Virus record (IMG/VR): IMGVR_UViG_3300021963_000049
Location: 32,001 to 96,000 of that record
Length of the DNA stretch: 64,000 nucleotides
Strand: one strand, 5' to 3'
DNA from: a virus
Positions within the stretch are counted from its first letter, which is position 1. Every line of letters starts with the position of its first letter. The notes under the pieces are model-generated. The model searched no databases. It worked only from the letters and a program-made list of their open reading frames with translations, and was not told the DNA's origin. Shown here one piece after another: positions 45,388 to 55,599 of the stretch. Both the position numbers and the translations under genes were made by a program.

Positions 45388-46068
45388 ATGTCAGCATTAG
45401 ATATATCAAAGATTAAACAGTACCCTCTTAAAGAAACACAGTATGTGAAAGAGGATACCACTAAGAGACAGATAGTGCTTCATCATACAGCAGGAAACTC
45501 TTCTGCATTAAATACCATGATTAACTGGAATAATGATGATAGAGGTAGAATAGCAACATGTGTAGCTATTTCCGGTAAAGGTGCTACTAATTCTTATGAC
45601 GGTGAAATAGTACAAGGATTTCCATCTAAGAACTGGGCATACCATTTAGGAGTTAAACAAGAAGTGTTTGCAGCATATGGTGTAACATATCAGAACCTAG
45701 ATAAACTTTCTATAGGTATAGAAATTTGCAACTGGGGCCCTCTTACTAAGAAAGGTACTAAGTTCTATAACTATGTAGATAGAGAAGTTCCAAGAGACCA
45801 AGTATGTACATTAGATACAGCTTATAAAGGATATAAACACTGGCATGCTTATACAGATGCTCAGATAGAAGCAGTAAGACAGTTGCTTGTATACTGGAAA
45901 GGTATACACAATATTGATATTAAATATAAAGAAGCTGATATGTGGAATGTGTCCAAACCAGCTTTAAGTGGTGTGCAAGGAGTCTATACACATAACTCTT
46001 ACAGAAATGATAAGACAGATGTATCTCCTCAACCTAAGTTGATAGCAATGCTTAAAACTTTAGTATAA
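45388..46068 (+). CDS. N-acetylmuramoyl-L-alanine amidase endolysin (Amidase_2)
   Basis: IVLHHTAG, WAYHLG, SIGIEICNWG, YTDAQIEA, THNSYRNDKTD. Confidence 0.9.
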   Translation: MSALDISKIKQYPLKETQYVKEDTTKRQIVLHHTAGNSSALNTMINWNNDDRGRIATCVAISGKGATNSYDGEIVQGFPSKNWAYHLGVKQEVFAAYGVTYQNLDKLSIGIEICNWGPLTKKGTKFYNYVDREVPRDQVCTLDTAYKGYKHWHAYTDAQIEAVRQLLVYWKGIHNIDIKYKEADMWNVSKPALSGVQGVYTHNSYRNDKTDVSPQPKLIAMLKTLV

Positions 46069-46226
46069 TGAAATTAAGAAATAACTGGAGAGCAAAAAAT
46101 AAACAGTGGGATAAATTTATTATAAAGCTCCGCATAAGTACTGTAGACATATTTAGCTTAGAGATTGATATCTCTAGAGAGTTTTATATGATTACACTTT
46201 TAAATTTATGTATAAAAAATAGATAA
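46068..46226 (+). CDS. Small protein (52 aa, MKLRNNWRAKNKQWDKF...)
   Basis: Read by hand; TAATG-coupled to the amidase. Confidence 0.65.
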   Translation: MKLRNNWRAKNKQWDKFIIKLRISTVDIFSLEIDISREFYMITLLNLCIKNR

Positions 46227-46228
46227 CA

Positions 46229-46507
46229 ATGAGAACAGCAAGTAAAAAAATGCAAATGGGTGGTACAAAACAAGCAAAAAAGATTGTTAAAAAAGTAACA
46301 TCAATGGCAAAAGCAGGCAAAGCTCCTGCAATGAAAAAAATGCAAAATGGAGGTGCTAACACAGATCCTCTTAGTGGTAAAGGTAGATGTAAAATGGGTG
46401 AATGTGGACCATCAGCAGGTGGTTCAAGAGGAGCAGCAAGACAAAAATCATCATCAGCAAGATCTTTTAGCAAACCTAAATTTAAAAGAACAAAAGTTAG
46501 GTTTTAA
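46229..46507 (+). CDS. Small basic protein with MQxGG motifs
   Basis: MQMGG, MQNGG; K/R-rich. Confidence 0.7.
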   Translation: MRTASKKMQMGGTKQAKKIVKKVTSMAKAGKAPAMKKMQNGGANTDPLSGKGRCKMGECGPSAGGSRGAARQKSSSARSFSKPKFKRTKVRF

Positions 46508-46526
46508 TACTTAAAGTAAAACTTTA

Positions 46527-46557
46527 ACCCAGGCTATCTAACAGTCTGGGTTTTTTT
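46527..46557 (+). terminator. Intrinsic terminator
   Basis: ACCCAGGCT/AGTCTGGGT plus T7. Confidence 0.8.
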
Positions 46558-46589
46558 GTTTTAAATATTTTTAGTTTAAACTTTTATTA

Positions 46590-46597
46590 TATATTTG
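46590..46597 (+). promoter_or_regulatory. Bacteroidota-type -7 element (TATATTTG)
   Basis: Upstream of the packaging operon. Confidence 0.6.
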
Positions 46598-46618
46598 TAT
46601 AAATTAAAAAAATATAAA

Positions 46619-46906
46619 ATGGAAAACCAACAAGAAGAAATGAACCTAAGTCCAGAGGAATTAGCAGAAAGAAAAGAAGAAATGAAAAAGTTCTTTGATG
46701 AGTCTATTCCTTATTTAGAATCTCAAGCACAGTATGAAAAGCTTATGACTGAGATTGAGGAAGCTAGATTTAAAAGAGCTACTTTTCAGTATCAGTTTAC
46801 TATGATGATGCAGAATACACAAGGGCCTGAAGAAGGATCTGAAGTAGAAAAGGATGACTTTCCAATTCCACCACCATCAAAAGAAAGAAAACTTAAAAAA
46901 GGCTAA
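46619..46906 (+). CDS. Hypothetical coiled-coil protein
   Basis: MENQQEEMNLSPEEL...; ATG 46619. Confidence 0.75.
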   Translation: MENQQEEMNLSPEELAERKEEMKKFFDESIPYLESQAQYEKLMTEIEEARFKRATFQYQFTMMMQNTQGPEEGSEVEKDDFPIPPPSKERKLKKG

Positions 46907-46908
46907 CA

Positions 46909-47289
46909 ATGGCTTTAGTAAATCAAGTACAGAAAAAAGTTAAAATGCCCAAATGGGATGTTGTAAAGTATCAGATATTAACTCACTGTTATATTAACCG
47001 CATAACAGTGAGTGAGTCTGATCTTAACTGTCTTACTTTACTAAGTTTCAATCAGCCAATTGAGTTAACTAATTTTTGTTTAGATGCATCTTCAGAAGAG
47101 GACTGGATTTTTAAATCTCCTCAGACTGTAAGAAACTGCATTAATAAAGCTGAGAAAAATAAGTTAGTAATAAAAGACAGCAACAATAAAAAACTAATTA
47201 TGCTAAACCCAAATTTGAAAATTCAAACAGAGGGTACTATTTTATTAGACTATAAATTCTTAGGCTATGATACCGAAGAAAGTAAATAG
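46909..47289 (+). CDS. Winged-helix-like protein
   Basis: FKSPQTVRNCINKAEKNKLVIK wHTH-like segment. Confidence 0.6.
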   Translation: MALVNQVQKKVKMPKWDVVKYQILTHCYINRITVSESDLNCLTLLSFNQPIELTNFCLDASSEEDWIFKSPQTVRNCINKAEKNKLVIKDSNNKKLIMLNPNLKIQTEGTILLDYKFLGYDTEESK

Positions 47290-47653
47290 ACTATATAAAC
47301 AAGCTGCTGAAGACTTAAATGTTGATGAATCACTAATAGAAAACTTATCAGATTTTTTTTATAAAGAACTTAAAAATGCCTTATCAAATCTTAGTCACCC
47401 AAGAATTAATGCAGATGGTCTAGGACATTTTGTAGCTAAAAAAAGTGCAGTAAGAAAAGCAATACCAAAGTATAGTGAAAAACTAGAAGACCATGACACA
47501 TCAACATTTGGTGCTTATCACAATAAGAAGCAAATGGAATCTAAACTTGAGTTACTCATTAACTTAGATAAAATGATAACTGAAGAGGAAGAATTTAAAC
47601 AAGAATTTAAAAATAAAAAGTATGGCAACACTAAAGGAAATTTGGAAGAATAG
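47267..47653 (+). CDS. HU/IHF-like DNA-binding protein
   Basis: LYKQAAEDL...FFYKELKNALS...INADGLGHF pattern. Confidence 0.6.
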   Translation: MIPKKVNRLYKQAAEDLNVDESLIENLSDFFYKELKNALSNLSHPRINADGLGHFVAKKSAVRKAIPKYSEKLEDHDTSTFGAYHNKKQMESKLELLINLDKMITEEEEFKQEFKNKKYGNTKGNLEE

Positions 47654-47912
47654 AAAACAAATCTTTGAAGGTATTACTAACTCAATAATTAAAGATGCTG
47701 TAGTAGAGCAAGTAGCAGACTTAAGATATGAGATCTGTTATACTTGTGAACACAAGGGTAGAAAGTGTGCAGTAAAAGGAACAGCTCCTTGCTGTAACTT
47801 ATGTGGATGTTCTCTTGCATTTAAAACAAGAGCCTTATCTACAGAGTGTCCGGATGGCAGATGGAAAGCAATTATTTCTGAGAAAGAAGAAGAAAGGCTA
47901 GATGAGTTATGA
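47622..47912 (+). CDS. Cys-rich Zn-binding protein
   Basis: RYEICYTC...CCNLCGCSL..KTR...CPDGRW. Confidence 0.75.
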   Translation: MATLKEIWKNRKQIFEGITNSIIKDAVVEQVADLRYEICYTCEHKGRKCAVKGTAPCCNLCGCSLAFKTRALSTECPDGRWKAIISEKEEERLDEL

Positions 47913-48742
47913 GTATAGTATTTAATGCACAGGACCATAGTTATAAAAGTTTAGATGGTGAATCAATAGACTGGATAAGTGTTACTACACTTGTTTCACA
48001 TTTTAAGAAACCATTTGATGCTAAAAAAATAGCTGAAAAAGTTTCTAAAAATAAAAAGTCTAAATGGCATGGAATTGAGCCGGCTATTATTCAACAGATT
48101 TGGACTAATGAGTCAGACAGATCTACCACTCTGGGAACATGGTATCATAACCAAAGAGAGTCTGATATATGTTCCTTTGCTTCTATAGAAAGAGAAGGTA
48201 TAACTGTTCCTGTATTTAAACCAACTGAAGTTAAAGAAGGAATTAAAATAGCTCCTCCACAAAAGCTTGAAGCAGGAGTTTATCCTGAGCATATGGTTTA
48301 TCTTAGATCAGCCGGTATATGTGGCCAATCAGATTTAGTAGAGATAGTAAATGGTAAAGTAAATATCATAGACTATAAAACAAACAAAGAAATTAAAAGG
48401 GAGTCTTATGTAGACTGGGATGGCAAATCTGAAAAGATGTTACCACCAGTAGATACATTAGATGACTGCCACTTTTATCACTATGCTTTACAGTTGAGCA
48501 TTTATATGTATATTATATTAAAGCATAATCCTAAACTTAAACCAGGAAGAATATTTATACACCATGTTATATTTGAAGTAGAAGGAGAAGATAGCTGGGG
48601 ATATCCTATAACTAAAAAAGATTCAAATGGTGATCCAGTAGTAAAAGAAGTTATACCAATTGCAATACCATATTTAGTTGATGAAGTAATAGCAATAATT
48701 CACTACCTTCATGACAACAGACACAAACTAAAAAAGAAATGA
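47909..48742 (+). CDS. PD-(D/E)XK nuclease
   Basis: SVTTLV, GTWYH, GQSDLV...IIDYKT, YALQLSIY. Confidence 0.85.
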   Translation: MSIVFNAQDHSYKSLDGESIDWISVTTLVSHFKKPFDAKKIAEKVSKNKKSKWHGIEPAIIQQIWTNESDRSTTLGTWYHNQRESDICSFASIEREGITVPVFKPTEVKEGIKIAPPQKLEAGVYPEHMVYLRSAGICGQSDLVEIVNGKVNIIDYKTNKEIKRESYVDWDGKSEKMLPPVDTLDDCHFYHYALQLSIYMYIILKHNPKLKPGRIFIHHVIFEVEGEDSWGYPITKKDSNGDPVVKEVIPIAIPYLVDEVIAIIHYLHDNRHKLKKK

Positions 48743-49254
48743 TAGTTAAACTATTTGACATACAGAATAACAAGATAGTTCCAACAGAACACTGTTATAC
48801 TTTAAAAGCACTAAAGGATATAATGGAAAACTATCCTGAAGATTATCTAAAGATTTATCAGTACTTGTTTTACATGACCTGTCCTAATCCAGATATGAAT
48901 CCTTTTTTCCATACCCCAGATATAGATAAGGAGTCATTAATATTACAACAAATAGAAGCTGAGTTTTCTCCAGAAGATGATGATATATTTGTTGCTCTTC
49001 AGTTTTGCCAGAGAATGTATGAAACACCTACATCCAGAGCATATAAAGGAATTGCATCTATGTTAGATAGATTAGGAAGATACATGGAGACTACACCAAT
49101 TAGTCATGGTAGAGATGGAAATATTACTGCTCTTGTAAATGCTGCTAAAAACTATGAAGCAATTAGAAACTCTTTTAAAGGGGCCTATAAAGATCTTCAA
49201 GAAGAACAGCAAAGTAGAGTAAGAGGTGGTTTAGGAATGGCATATGACATGTAA
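48739..49254 (+). CDS. Putative terminase small subunit
   Basis: Directly upstream of and coupled to TerL; helical, ends VRGG. Confidence 0.5.
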   Translation: MIVKLFDIQNNKIVPTEHCYTLKALKDIMENYPEDYLKIYQYLFYMTCPNPDMNPFFHTPDIDKESLILQQIEAEFSPEDDDIFVALQFCQRMYETPTSRAYKGIASMLDRLGRYMETTPISHGRDGNITALVNAAKNYEAIRNSFKGAYKDLQEEQQSRVRGGLGMAYDM

Positions 49255-51455
49255 TGAGTGCAATATTTGAAGATATACCAACTTGGGATAATGGATCCTG
49301 GACAATGACAAGCTTTGCTTCAAGAGAAGAATTTTCTTCTTTTGTTGCTAATATATTTAAAGAACCTGGTAAATATAAATTTGATGAAACAAGTAAGTTA
49401 TTTAATGAAGAAGCCACAAAGTTCAGAACAAATGGATACTACTGTGAAGCTGTCTTTAAATCCAAAGACTTCATCAACTACTGGGATGATCAAAAGCAAA
49501 GATGCAAAAGAGGAGTTATATTTAAATCCGGAGACAACATCTGGTACATTACCAGAGAATATTATATGTGGCTTAACTTCTTGCCCATATTTGATAAAGA
49601 ACAACAGCTATTTGACTTTGCTAAAATCAGGGATGCACAGTACCACATGGCCATTTATGAATTACTGGCAGAGCTCAACTACAAACATGTTGCAATTCTC
49701 AAAAAGCGACAGATAGCATCCTCATATTACCATATGGGTAAGCTAATAAACCAACTATGGTTTGAGCCTGGAGTTACACTTAAAATGGGTGCCAGTCTAA
49801 AAGACTATATTAATGAGAAAGGTTCTTGGAAGTTCTTAGATGAATATGCTGCATTCTTAAATGAACACACTGCTTGGTATAGACCAATGAATCCACAGAA
49901 AGTAATGATGTGGCAACAGAAGATTGAGGTTAGAAAAGGAGATAGAAAAAATGAAGTAGGTCTCAAAGGTACTATCCAAGGTATGTCATTTGAGAAAGAC
50001 CCAACCAATGGTGTCGGTGGACCAGTTAAATACTTCTTTCATGAGGAAGCAGGTATTGCTCCTAAAATGGATCAGACATATGAGTATATGCGCCCGGCCA
50101 TGAGATCTGGACTTATTACAACTGGTATGTTTATAGCAGCAGGATCAGTGGGTGACTTATCACAGTGTCAACCACTTAAGGATATGATCTTAAATCCTAC
50201 ATCAAAAGATGTATATGCTGTAGAAACAGACTTGGTAGATGATAAAGGCACTATAGGTTTATCAGGTTTATTTATTCCTGAACAATGGTCTATGCCTCCA
50301 TATATTGATCAATATGGTAACTCACTTGTAGAAGAAGCACTAAAGGCTTTAGATGATCAGTTTGAAAAATGGAAAAAAGAACTAGCTCCGGAAGATTATC
50401 AGTTAAGAATATCTCAGCATCCAAGAAATATTAAAGAAGCTTTTGATCATAGAACTGTATCTGTATTTCCACCACATCTTCTTGCAGCACAAGAAAGAAG
50501 AATAAATGATAAAGATTATGGATATGAGTTTTTGGATATATCTACTGATGAAAATGGTAAACCAAAAGTTACACCAACAAGTAAAAGACCAATTTCAGAA
50601 TTTCCTATTTCTAAAAAGACAGAAGATAAAACAGGAGTTTTAGTAGTTTGGGAAAGACCACCTAAAGATCCTGAGTTTACAACATATTATGCATCTATTG
50701 ACCCCGTGTCAGAAGGTAAGACAACTACCTCAGAATCACTATGTTCCATCTATGTAATGAAAGCTCCAGTTCAAGTAAGTAAGGTTAATGGTACTGAAAC
50801 TGAGACATATATAGAACAAGGTAAAATTGTAGCTGCATGGTGCGGTAGATTTGATGATATAAATAAAACACACCAGAGACTTGAGCTTATTATAGAATGG
50901 TATAATGCCTGGACAGTAATAGAGAATAACATCTCTCTCTTTATCCAGTATATGATATCCAGAAAGAAACAAAAATATTTGGTACCTAAGAGCCAGATCA
51001 TGTTTCTTAAAGACCTTGGATCTAACAACAATGTATTCCAAGAATATGGTTGGAAAAATACTGGAACATTATTTAAGAATCACTTGCTCAGTTATGCTAT
51101 TGAATACACTAAAGAAGAAATAGATCAAGAGACCAAATCAGATGGTACTATTGTAAGAACAAAATATGGTATAGAAAGAATACCGGATCCCATGCTTATT
51201 AAAGAGATGAGAGAATATGCAGATGGAGTCAATGTGGATAGGTTAGTATCTTTTGCTGCACTTGTTGCATTTATGAAAATACAGCACTCTAATAGAGGCT
51301 ATCTTAAAAAAACAATTATGGATGATGCGGCTAAAAACTTGCAAAAGTCAGAAAATTTATATAAATTAAATAATAGTCCATTCCGACACATGGGAAGGAC
51401 TCAACTCAGAAATGGTCAAAGCTTTAAGAGATCACCATTTAAACACTATAAATAA
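49254..51455 (+). CDS. terL: Terminase large subunit
   Basis: KKRQIASS Walker A-like, FFHEEAG Walker B, nuclease ASIDPV, IENN, NVDRLVS. Confidence 0.92.
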   Translation: MSAIFEDIPTWDNGSWTMTSFASREEFSSFVANIFKEPGKYKFDETSKLFNEEATKFRTNGYYCEAVFKSKDFINYWDDQKQRCKRGVIFKSGDNIWYITREYYMWLNFLPIFDKEQQLFDFAKIRDAQYHMAIYELLAELNYKHVAILKKRQIASSYYHMGKLINQLWFEPGVTLKMGASLKDYINEKGSWKFLDEYAAFLNEHTAWYRPMNPQKVMMWQQKIEVRKGDRKNEVGLKGTIQGMSFEKDPTNGVGGPVKYFFHEEAGIAPKMDQTYEYMRPAMRSGLITTGMFIAAGSVGDLSQCQPLKDMILNPTSKDVYAVETDLVDDKGTIGLSGLFIPEQWSMPPYIDQYGNSLVEEALKALDDQFEKWKKELAPEDYQLRISQHPRNIKEAFDHRTVSVFPPHLLAAQERRINDKDYGYEFLDISTDENGKPKVTPTSKRPISEFPISKKTEDKTGVLVVWERPPKDPEFTTYYASIDPVSEGKTTTSESLCSIYVMKAPVQVSKVNGTETETYIEQGKIVAAWCGRFDDINKTHQRLELIIEWYNAWTVIENNISLFIQYMISRKKQKYLVPKSQIMFLKDLGSNNNVFQEYGWKNTGTLFKNHLLSYAIEYTKEEIDQETKSDGTIVRTKYGIERIPDPMLIKEMREYADGVNVDRLVSFAALVAFMKIQHSNRGYLKKTIMDDAAKNLQKSENLYKLNNSPFRHMGRTQLRNGQSFKRSPFKHYK

Positions 51456-51460
51456 ACACT

Positions 51461-54205
51461 ATGCAAATATATAATGCATTACAGTTAAAGAAAGGAGCTA
51501 AAAGTGAGCATAATAGGATGGGTAGTATTACTCAACCTTTACAATTTGTTCCTAAAAAAGATAAAGATGAAGAGTGGGCAGCTTGGAACTTAGACTGGTT
51601 AGAGTGGAATGGTCTTAAACAGATCAGAAGAAATGCCCGCAGACTTATGAAAAACTATAAGCTAGCTAAAGGTATTATAGATAAGTCAGATTATATTATT
51701 GAAGAAGATAATGAGTATAGAGATATAGTAGAGGTTTTAACTAGAGAAGACCAGTCTGCTTTAGAATTAAAGTTCTATCCTATTATTCCAAATGTTATTA
51801 ATGTTCTAGTAGCTGAATTTGCTAAGAGATCAACCAAACTTACATACAGAGCCATTGATGAGTTCTCATATAATGAGATGATGGAGCAAAAAAGAAAAAT
51901 GGTTGAGGATACATTAATGGCAGATGCTCAAACAAAAATTGTTGCTGCATTATTAGAACAAGGGATGGATCCAAATACTCCTGAGTTCCAACAGCAAATA
52001 GATCCAAATCAGCTTAAGTCATTGCCAGAAATAGAAAACTTCTTCAAAAAAGATTATAGATCTATGATGGAGCAGTGGGCAACTCATCAGCATAAAGTAG
52101 ATATAGAAAGATTTAAAATGGATGAGCTAGAGGAAAGAGGTTTCCGTGACATGCTTATTACAGATAGAGAGTTCTGGCACTTTAGAATGATGGAGGATGA
52201 CTATGAAGTAGAGCTTTGGAATCCACCAGTTTGCTTTTATCATAAATCTCCGGATGCAAGATATATATCTCAAGGAAACTGGGTAGGAAAAATTGATATG
52301 TTAACTGTAGCTGATGTTATAGATAAATTTGGATACTTGCTTACTGAAGAACAACATGAAGCTTTAGAAGCAGTATATCCTATTAGATCAGCTGGATATA
52401 TTGTGGGAGGATACCAAAATGATGGAACATACTATGATGCTACAAAGTCTCATGACTGGAATGTTAATATGCCTTCTCTTGCTTATAGACAATACACAAC
52501 AATGATGGCTGGTTCTGTCTATGATGGCGGAGATATCATTAACCAAATCTTATCTGAAGGAGAAGACTATTTTGATCAAGGTACTGCTTACTTATTAAGA
52601 GTAACAACAGCTTACTGGAAGTCACAAAGAAAAGTAGGTCACTTAACTAAAATACTTGACACAGGTGAAGTAGTTAATGAAGTAGTAACTGAAGATTATA
52701 AAATTACTGATAAGCCAATATATGACACCAGACTCTTTAAGAATAAAAATAAAGACAATCTTATTTTTGGAGAGCATATAGACTGGATCTGGATTAATGA
52801 AGTATGGGGTGGTGTAAAGATTGGACCAAATTTACCAAGCTTCTGGGGTATGAATAATCCAGGAGGATTTTCTCCTATCTATATTGGAGTAGATAAGAAC
52901 CACATTGGTCCATTAAGATTCCAGTTTAAAGGAGACTCAAGTTTATATGGTTGTAAACTTCCGGTTGAAGGAGCTGTATTCTCAGACAGAAATACAAAGT
53001 CTACAGCACTCATTGACTTAATGAAACCATACCAAATTGGATATAACATTGTCAACAATCAGATTGCAGATATACTAGTAGATGAACTAGGTACTGTAAT
53101 TATGCTTGACCAAAACTCTTTACCAAGACATTCACTTGGAGAAGACTGGGGGAAAGGAAACTATGCTAAAGCATATGTGGCAATGAAGAACTTCCAGATT
53201 CTTCCACTTGATACATCTATTACAAATACTGAGAATTCATTAAACTTCCAGCACTTCCAGAAACTTGATCTAGAGCAGACCAATAGATTAATGTCAAGGA
53301 TTAACTTAGGAAACTATTTTAAGCAGCAAGCATATGAAGTAATAGGAGTTAACCCACAAAGAATGGGTCAGCAAATTTCACAGCAAACTGCAACCGGTGT
53401 TGAACAGGCACTTAATGCTTCTTATGCGCAAACAGAAATGTACTTTATACAGCACTGTGATTATCTAATGCCAAGGGTGCACCAGATGAGAACAGACTTA
53501 GCACAGTTTTACCACTCTACAAAGCCATCTGCGAGGTTAACTTATATAACCTCTGCAGATGAGAAAGTAAACTTTGAGATTAATGGTACAGATATGCTAT
53601 TAAGAGATCTTAATATATTCTGTACTACAACTGCAAATCATAGAGCAGTCTTAGAGCAATTAAAGCAGATGGCTGTACAGAATAATACTACTGGTGCTTC
53701 TATCTATGACTTAGGTAAAGTTATTCAGTCAGATTCAATTGCTGAACTTAATAATGCTCTTAAATCTTCTGAAGATAAAACACAACAGCAAAAACAAGCT
53801 GAAATGCAACAACAACAGCAAATGCAACAAGAACAACTTCAAAAACAACAAGAGTTAGAGAAGATGAAGATTGATGCACAAGCTATGGAGAAAGAGAAAG
53901 ATAGACAAAGAGATATCTTGGTTGCAGAAATTAGAGCTGCTGGTTATGGATCTATGGCTGATGTTAATCAAAATCAAATGTCAGATTATGCAGATGCTAT
54001 GAAAGATATTAGACAGACAGAACAGTATCAAGAGCAAACAAATCTTCAGAGAGAAAAAGAAGTTAACAGAATGAATGCTGAGTCTCAGAAGAATGAAATT
54101 GAGAGAGAAAAGATAGCTGCACAAAGAGAGATTGCTAATAGACAGTTACAAATTGCTCAGGAAAACAAAAACAAGTATGACAAAAAGAATGATAGTGGGG
54201 AATAG
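51461..54205 (+). CDS. Portal protein (crAss-like)
   Basis: 914 aa after TerL; FYPIIPNVINVL, WINEVWGG, LMKPYQIGYN, GVNPQRMG, Q-rich coiled C-terminus. Confidence 0.9.
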   Translation: MQIYNALQLKKGAKSEHNRMGSITQPLQFVPKKDKDEEWAAWNLDWLEWNGLKQIRRNARRLMKNYKLAKGIIDKSDYIIEEDNEYRDIVEVLTREDQSALELKFYPIIPNVINVLVAEFAKRSTKLTYRAIDEFSYNEMMEQKRKMVEDTLMADAQTKIVAALLEQGMDPNTPEFQQQIDPNQLKSLPEIENFFKKDYRSMMEQWATHQHKVDIERFKMDELEERGFRDMLITDREFWHFRMMEDDYEVELWNPPVCFYHKSPDARYISQGNWVGKIDMLTVADVIDKFGYLLTEEQHEALEAVYPIRSAGYIVGGYQNDGTYYDATKSHDWNVNMPSLAYRQYTTMMAGSVYDGGDIINQILSEGEDYFDQGTAYLLRVTTAYWKSQRKVGHLTKILDTGEVVNEVVTEDYKITDKPIYDTRLFKNKNKDNLIFGEHIDWIWINEVWGGVKIGPNLPSFWGMNNPGGFSPIYIGVDKNHIGPLRFQFKGDSSLYGCKLPVEGAVFSDRNTKSTALIDLMKPYQIGYNIVNNQIADILVDELGTVIMLDQNSLPRHSLGEDWGKGNYAKAYVAMKNFQILPLDTSITNTENSLNFQHFQKLDLEQTNRLMSRINLGNYFKQQAYEVIGVNPQRMGQQISQQTATGVEQALNASYAQTEMYFIQHCDYLMPRVHQMRTDLAQFYHSTKPSARLTYITSADEKVNFEINGTDMLLRDLNIFCTTTANHRAVLEQLKQMAVQNNTTGASIYDLGKVIQSDSIAELNNALKSSEDKTQQQKQAEMQQQQQMQQEQLQKQQELEKMKIDAQAMEKEKDRQRDILVAEIRAAGYGSMADVNQNQMSDYADAMKDIRQTEQYQEQTNLQREKEVNRMNAESQKNEIEREKIAAQREIANRQLQIAQENKNKYDKKNDSGE

Positions 54206-54293
54206 TTAGCTATATAATGCAAAAAAAGATTGCAGCCTATCTAAATTTCTGAAGTTTATTTTGTATATTAAAGTATAAACAAAAACCAACAAA

Positions 54294-55571
54294 ATGGAAG
54301 ATTTAAACAAAAAGCTTGATGATCAAGTTCAAGACTCTACTGTTGTAGAGCAGCTTGATATCAATGTTGATGAAATCTTTGGAATGCCAGGAGCAGAAAA
54401 TGTGATGTTACCTGACTCTGGCAAAGAAGAAGAAAAAGCTAAATCTGTTTTTTCAAAGGAAGCAACAGATTACACGTTCCTTGATAACTCAGCTAAATCT
54501 CCTCAAGAAAGGGAAGAGGCAGCTGAAAAGAAAGCAGAAGTTGAAGAAACTATTGCTGAACTAGATGGTCTTATTTCACAAGAAGAAGATGCTGGTAATA
54601 AAGGTAGACCAAAGGTTGATAAATCAGGTCTACTAGAACTAGCAACTAAAATGCTTGAAGATGGTCTCTTATTTCCTTTTGATGATGGCAAGCCTATTGA
54701 GGAGTACACAACAAAAGACTTTAGAGAATTATTTGAGGCTAACTTTCAAGAGAGAGAAGCTGCTTTAAGAGAAAATACTCCAAAAGAATTTTTTCAAGCT
54801 CTTCCAGAAGAACTACAAATTGCTGCAAAATATGTAGCAGATGGTGGTCAAGATCTTAAAGGTTTGTTTAGAACTCTTGCTCATGTTGAAGAGATGAGAG
54901 ATTTAGATCCTACAAGTGAAAGAGATCAAGAAGAAATAGTAAGGCAGTATCTTTATGCAACTGGTTTTGCTGATGGAAATCCTGAAGAGATTGAGGAAGA
55001 AATCAGAGATTGGGCTGACATGGATAAATTAGAACAAAAAGCCAGACAGTTCAAACCAAAATTAGATAAGATGCAGGAAGAGATTGTTGCTAGACAACTT
55101 GCAGAGCAAGAACATAGAAAGCAACAACAGGCTCAACAAGCAAAAGCTTACCAAGATAATGTATATAGTACATTAGCACAAGGTGAGTTAGGAGGACTAA
55201 AACTTGATAGAAAAACTCAAGGGTTACTTTACTCCGGACTTGTTCAGCCAAGTTATCCTTCAATTTCTGGTAAACCTACAAACTTACTTGGTCACTTATT
55301 AGAGAAGTATCAGTTTGTACAACCAAGACATGATTTAATTGCTGAAGCACTTTGGTTACTTGCAGATCCGGAAGGATACAAAGGTAAAGTAAGAGAGATA
55401 GGTGGTAAAGCAGCTACAGAAAAAGTAGTAAAGCAATTAAAAACAGAAGAAGGTAGAAAGCTAGCATCTTCATATGGTGGAACAAATACAGACAATGAGC
55501 CAAGAAGACAACCAGCAAGTAAACCAGCAAGAACAGTTTCTAGACCAGGAAATATGTTCAAAAGATTTTAA
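54294..55571 (+). CDS. Putative scaffold/capsid assembly protein
   Basis: Acidic 425 aa between portal and major capsid genes. Confidence 0.7.
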   Translation: MEDLNKKLDDQVQDSTVVEQLDINVDEIFGMPGAENVMLPDSGKEEEKAKSVFSKEATDYTFLDNSAKSPQEREEAAEKKAEVEETIAELDGLISQEEDAGNKGRPKVDKSGLLELATKMLEDGLLFPFDDGKPIEEYTTKDFRELFEANFQEREAALRENTPKEFFQALPEELQIAAKYVADGGQDLKGLFRTLAHVEEMRDLDPTSERDQEEIVRQYLYATGFADGNPEEIEEEIRDWADMDKLEQKARQFKPKLDKMQEEIVARQLAEQEHRKQQQAQQAKAYQDNVYSTLAQGELGGLKLDRKTQGLLYSGLVQPSYPSISGKPTNLLGHLLEKYQFVQPRHDLIAEALWLLADPEGYKGKVREIGGKAATEKVVKQLKTEEGRKLASSYGGTNTDNEPRRQPASKPARTVSRPGNMFKRF

Positions 55572-55599
55572 GTAGTAACTAATAAACAAACAAATAAAA

